From assembly GCA_030426945.1 (NCBI GenBank), contig JAUHXL010000002.1, positions 1 through 52,812 of the forward strand: 52,812 bases of DNA. The letters run 5' to 3'. The notes beneath the pieces were generated by a model. The model saw only the letters and a list, made by a program, of their open reading frames with translations. It searched no databases and was not told the origin of the DNA. The DNA is from a bacterium. Lineage in GTDB: Bacteria; Myxococcota_A; Bradymonadia; UBA7976; UBA1532. A program made the translations under genes and the position numbers. Every line of letters starts with the position of its first letter. The first letter of the stretch is position 1. Positions 50,100 through 52,812 of the stretch are shown here, one piece after another.

Positions 50100-51536
50100 A
50101 TGAAGTTGTCCAGCCGTCTCAGCCTCGTCCTCGGCGCCGCGATCGTCGCGGTCGTCGCCCTGCACGCGCTGTGGGCGACCCGGCGTGCCCTCGAGGTCGT
50201 CGAGCAGGACTTCGCGCAGCGCCTCCAGGTGCGGGCCCAACAGACCGTCGAGCTGATGACCGCCGCCCGCATGGTGCACGAGAGCCCGACCGGCGACGTG
50301 TGGCTGCAGGGGCCGACCGACGACCGCCAAGGCGTCCGCTGGTGGAGCCGCGCCATGCGCCCCGAGCGGCTGTCGGACGCGGCTTGGGAGGCCGTGCTGG
50401 GCGGCGCGCCGCATCACCTCGAGGACGCCGAGAATGGGCTGGCGGTGCTGTTCGTGCCCTTCGTGGGGGGTGAGGACGGCGCCGTGCTGGGCGCCGTCGA
50501 GGTGCGCACGCGGGCCGGTGATCGCGACCAGCTCGCGGCGTCGATCCTGCGCGAGCACGTCATCCTCGCGGCGCTGACGCTGCTGGCCTGCGTCGGGGTG
50601 CTGGTGATCACGCTGCGCCGCGAGGTGGGCGCGCCGATCCAGGCGATGGCCGACATGGCGCGCCGCGTGGGCGACGGCGATCTCGACGCCCGGGTGGCGT
50701 CGCGGCGCCCAGACGAGCTGGGGCAGCTCGCGAACCAGCTCAACGACACGGCTGCCAAGCTGGCCGAGGCGCGCGCGGCGCTCGAGGACGAGGCCGCGCA
50801 GCGCGTGCGCGCGATGCACGAGATGCGGCACGTCGAGCGCCTGAAGACCGTGGGCCAGCTCGCCGGCGGCGTCGCGCACGAGCTGGGCACGCCGCTGAAC
50901 GTCATCAGCGGCCACGCCAAGATGATCGAGAAGGGCTACGTCGAGGGCGACGATCTGCTCGACAGCGCGCGCACCATCGGAGAGCAGTGCGCCCGGATGA
51001 CCGCGCTCATCCGCAACGTGCTGACCTTCGCCCGATCACGCCCGATGCCGCGCCAGCAGGTGCGCATCGCCGAGGTCGTCGACTCCGCGCTGGCGCTGAT
51101 GAAGCCCGCGCTGCGCAAGGCGCAGGTGAAGGTCGAGGTCGATCACCAGGCGCCGGCGCTGGAGGCGCGCGGCGATCCCGCGCAGCTCGAGCAGGTGCTG
51201 ACCAGCGTGTTGATGAACGCCATCCAGGCCCTGCCGGACGGCGGCGCCGTGCGCATCCGCACCGGCGCCGATCCCGCCGCCGACGGGGGGGGGCCATGCG
51301 CCTTCGTCGAGGTGCGGGACGACGGCGTCGGCATGACGGCCGAGGTGTCCGATCGGATGTTCGAGCCCTTCTTCACCACCCGCGACGTCGGCGAGGGGGC
51401 GGGCCTCGGCCTGTCGACCGCCTTCGGCATCGTGCGCGACCACCAGGGCTGGTTCGATGTCCGCTCGGCACCGGGTGAAGGGACGACCCTCCGCATCCAC
51501 CTCCCCCTCGAGTCCGCCACCCCCCAGGCGGCCTGA
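50100..51536 (+). CDS. membrane sensor histidine kinase with a HAMP domain
   Basis: ATG 50100 is preceded by GGGGAGGA and lies in ORF 49779..51536. There is an N-terminal TM segment and a second TM followed by HAMP (DLDARVASRRPDELGQLANQLN). The H-box is VAHELGTPLN. HATPase motifs are DDGVGM and GAGLGLS. Confidence 0.85.
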   Translation: MKLSSRLSLVLGAAIVAVVALHALWATRRALEVVEQDFAQRLQVRAQQTVELMTAARMVHESPTGDVWLQGPTDDRQGVRWWSRAMRPERLSDAAWEAVLGGAPHHLEDAENGLAVLFVPFVGGEDGAVLGAVEVRTRAGDRDQLAASILREHVILAALTLLACVGVLVITLRREVGAPIQAMADMARRVGDGDLDARVASRRPDELGQLANQLNDTAAKLAEARAALEDEAAQRVRAMHEMRHVERLKTVGQLAGGVAHELGTPLNVISGHAKMIEKGYVEGDDLLDSARTIGEQCARMTALIRNVLTFARSRPMPRQQVRIAEVVDSALALMKPALRKAQVKVEVDHQAPALEARGDPAQLEQVLTSVLMNAIQALPDGGAVRIRTGADPAADGGGPCAFVEVRDDGVGMTAEVSDRMFEPFFTTRDVGEGAGLGLSTAFGIVRDHQGWFDVRSAPGEGTTLRIHLPLESATPQAA

Positions 51537-51705
51537 CGCCCCGCGCGGGGCACCGCGCCCCGATTCGGGGCACTGTGCCCCGCTCTCCCGGCCCTCGCCC
51601 GTGACCTTGCCCTCGCCGCCCGGCCCGCGCCCGAGACCCCGACCTTGCCCTCACCCCGGCCTCGCCCCCACCCTACGCCCAGCCCCCCGCACCGGAGCTT
51701 GCGCC

Positions 51706-52452
51706 GTGCCCACCCGCCTCCTGCTGCCCGCCCTGCTCACCCTGCTCGCCCTCGCCTCGCCCGCCGCCGCCGAGGCGCCCCCGCTGCAGTTCGTCGAGCT
51801 CACGACCGCGGGCGCCGCCGCCGACGCCCGGCTCCCGTTGGTGATCGCCGTCCACGGCCTGGGCGACCGGCCCGAGCGCTTCGCCGCGCTGCTGAAGGAT
51901 CTCCCCGTCGCGGCCCGCGTCGTCGTCCCGCGCGCCCCCGCCGCGCACGGGGGCGGCTTCAGCTGGTTCCCCGTCCGCGTGCCGGTGGCCGGCCCTCAGC
52001 CCGGCCTCGAGGAGGGCCTACGCGCCTCGACCCAGAAGCTGGCCGCCCTCGCAAGCCACCTGGCCACCACCCGGCCCACCGTCGGCCGCCCGATCGTCAC
52101 CGGCTTCAGCCAGGGCGGCATGCTCAGCTTCGCCCTGGCCGTCGGGCACCCCGACGTGTTCGCCGCGGCCCTGCCCATCGCGGGCGCCCTGCCGCGGTCG
52201 ATGTGGCCCGCGAAGGGCGCGCCGACCACGCGCGTGCGCGCCTTCCACGGCGACGCAGACCGGGTGATCTCGGTGGACGACGCCCGCGATCTGATGCGCC
52301 ACCTGACCGACCACGGCTGGGACGCCACGCTGGGCACGTTTCAGGGGGTCGGCCACGGGGTGCCGCCGATCATGCGCGCGTCGCTGCACGCCGAGCTGGC
52401 CGCGGCGATCCGGCGGGCGGCGGCGGTCAAGCCGGCGGCTCGAGCACCTTGA
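51706..52452 (+). CDS. secreted alpha/beta hydrolase (phospholipase/carboxylesterase family)
   Basis: GTG 51706 lies in ORF 51457..52452. The signal peptide is PTRLLLPALLTLLALASPAAA. Motifs are VIAVHGLGD, the nucleophile elbow GFSQGG, FHGDADRVI and GVGHGV. Confidence 0.75.
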   Translation: MPTRLLLPALLTLLALASPAAAEAPPLQFVELTTAGAAADARLPLVIAVHGLGDRPERFAALLKDLPVAARVVVPRAPAAHGGGFSWFPVRVPVAGPQPGLEEGLRASTQKLAALASHLATTRPTVGRPIVTGFSQGGMLSFALAVGHPDVFAAALPIAGALPRSMWPAKGAPTTRVRAFHGDADRVISVDDARDLMRHLTDHGWDATLGTFQGVGHGVPPIMRASLHAELAAAIRRAAAVKPAARAP

Positions 52453-52812
52453 CCATCTCGATGGCGGTGCAGACGCAGTCCGGCTGCTGGCACCCGCCGC
52501 ACAGGTAGTCGACCTCGGCCCAGTAGCGCGCGTGCTCGGCCACGGCGACGAAGCCGAGCCGCCGCAGGTAGCGCCGCGACGAGTCGTGGGGCGACTCTTT
52601 CCACGAATGCGCCACCACCAGCGTGGCGCCCACCCGGCGCAGATCGGCGAAGGCGCGCTCGGCCAGCCGCCGCCCGATGCCGCGTCCCATCTCGGCGTGG
52701 TCGACGAAGCAGGACTGGAAGTAGCCCGCCTCGGCCAGCGGACCCGGCCAGCGCTCGGGCGTCAGGCCGCTGCCCCGCCCCTCGTCCCAGCGGCCGGGTG
52801 GCAAGACGAAGC
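52427..52812 (-). CDS. GNAT-family N-acetyltransferase (N-terminus beyond the right edge)
   Basis: The frame is open to the window edge, and the track start at 52804 is only a TTG. The acetyl-CoA-binding block is VDHAEMGRGIGRRLAERA, and there is a C-terminal CGGC...C.C cluster. Its 3' end overlaps the convergent esterase gene by 26 nt. Confidence 0.6.
   Translation of the reverse strand, partial: FVLPPGRWDEGRGSGLTPERWPGPLAEAGYFQSCFVDHAEMGRGIGRRLAERAFADLRRVGATLVVAHSWKESPHDSSRRYLRRLGFVAVAEHARYWAEVDYLCGGCQQPDCVCTAIEMVKVLEPPA

Noticed and set aside
52427-52452. The 26-nt convergent overlap of the esterase and GNAT 3' ends as a regulatory feature.
   Set aside because: Short convergent overlaps are common in compact GC-rich genomes. 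The esterase stop and GNAT stop are both unambiguous, and nothing else distinguishes the site.

Overview
This is a 52.8-kb, very G+C-rich chromosomal segment. My hand counts on 60-nt lines give about 70-77% G+C in most genes. Gene content looks myxobacterial: many lipobox lipoproteins, a thrombospondin-type-3/Cys-rich surface protein, a Ser/Thr kinase with a PP2C phosphatase, a sigma-54 activator, and many FGE-sulfatase-fold proteins. I call 39 protein genes. I recognise no rRNA, tRNA, CRISPR array, integrase or transposase. Most long ORFs in the track are antisense shadows typical of high-GC DNA and are not reported.

Gene order:
- 1-5749: ttcA (partial), a TSP3/Cys-rich lipoprotein, an MBL hydrolase, and two tandem paralogous lipoproteins.
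- 6019-14277: recC-recB-recD, with a repeat-containing insertion at the recB/recD junction.
- 14324-16698: a Phd/VapC toxin-antitoxin pair, a hypothetical gene, and a Uma2 nuclease.
- 16836-42216: an accessory-looking block described below.
- 42480-52812: an AI-2E transporter, PP2C, Ser/Thr kinase, DUF1328, a four-gene histidine-kinase/response-regulator/sigma-54 cluster, an esterase, and a GNAT (partial).

The 16836-42216 block holds six exported caspase-fold (peptidase C14) paralogs, five FGE-sulfatase-fold domains (two stand-alone, three fused to caspases), two DUF4384-like proteins and an orphan lipoprotein. Nuclease genes are interleaved with them: a second Uma2-like gene, a HEPN-like gene, and McrBC with an unrecognised N-terminal domain.

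My best candidate for an undescribed system is the recurring caspase / FGE-sulfatase-fold / DUF4384-like / lipoprotein module set. It occurs both split (with overlapping stop and start codons) and fused. All members appear exported, and the block shows recent gene conversion (693 nt at about 96% identity) and compositional mosaicism.

All domain calls come from motif recognition by eye. No database search or alignment program was run. Start codons are inferred.
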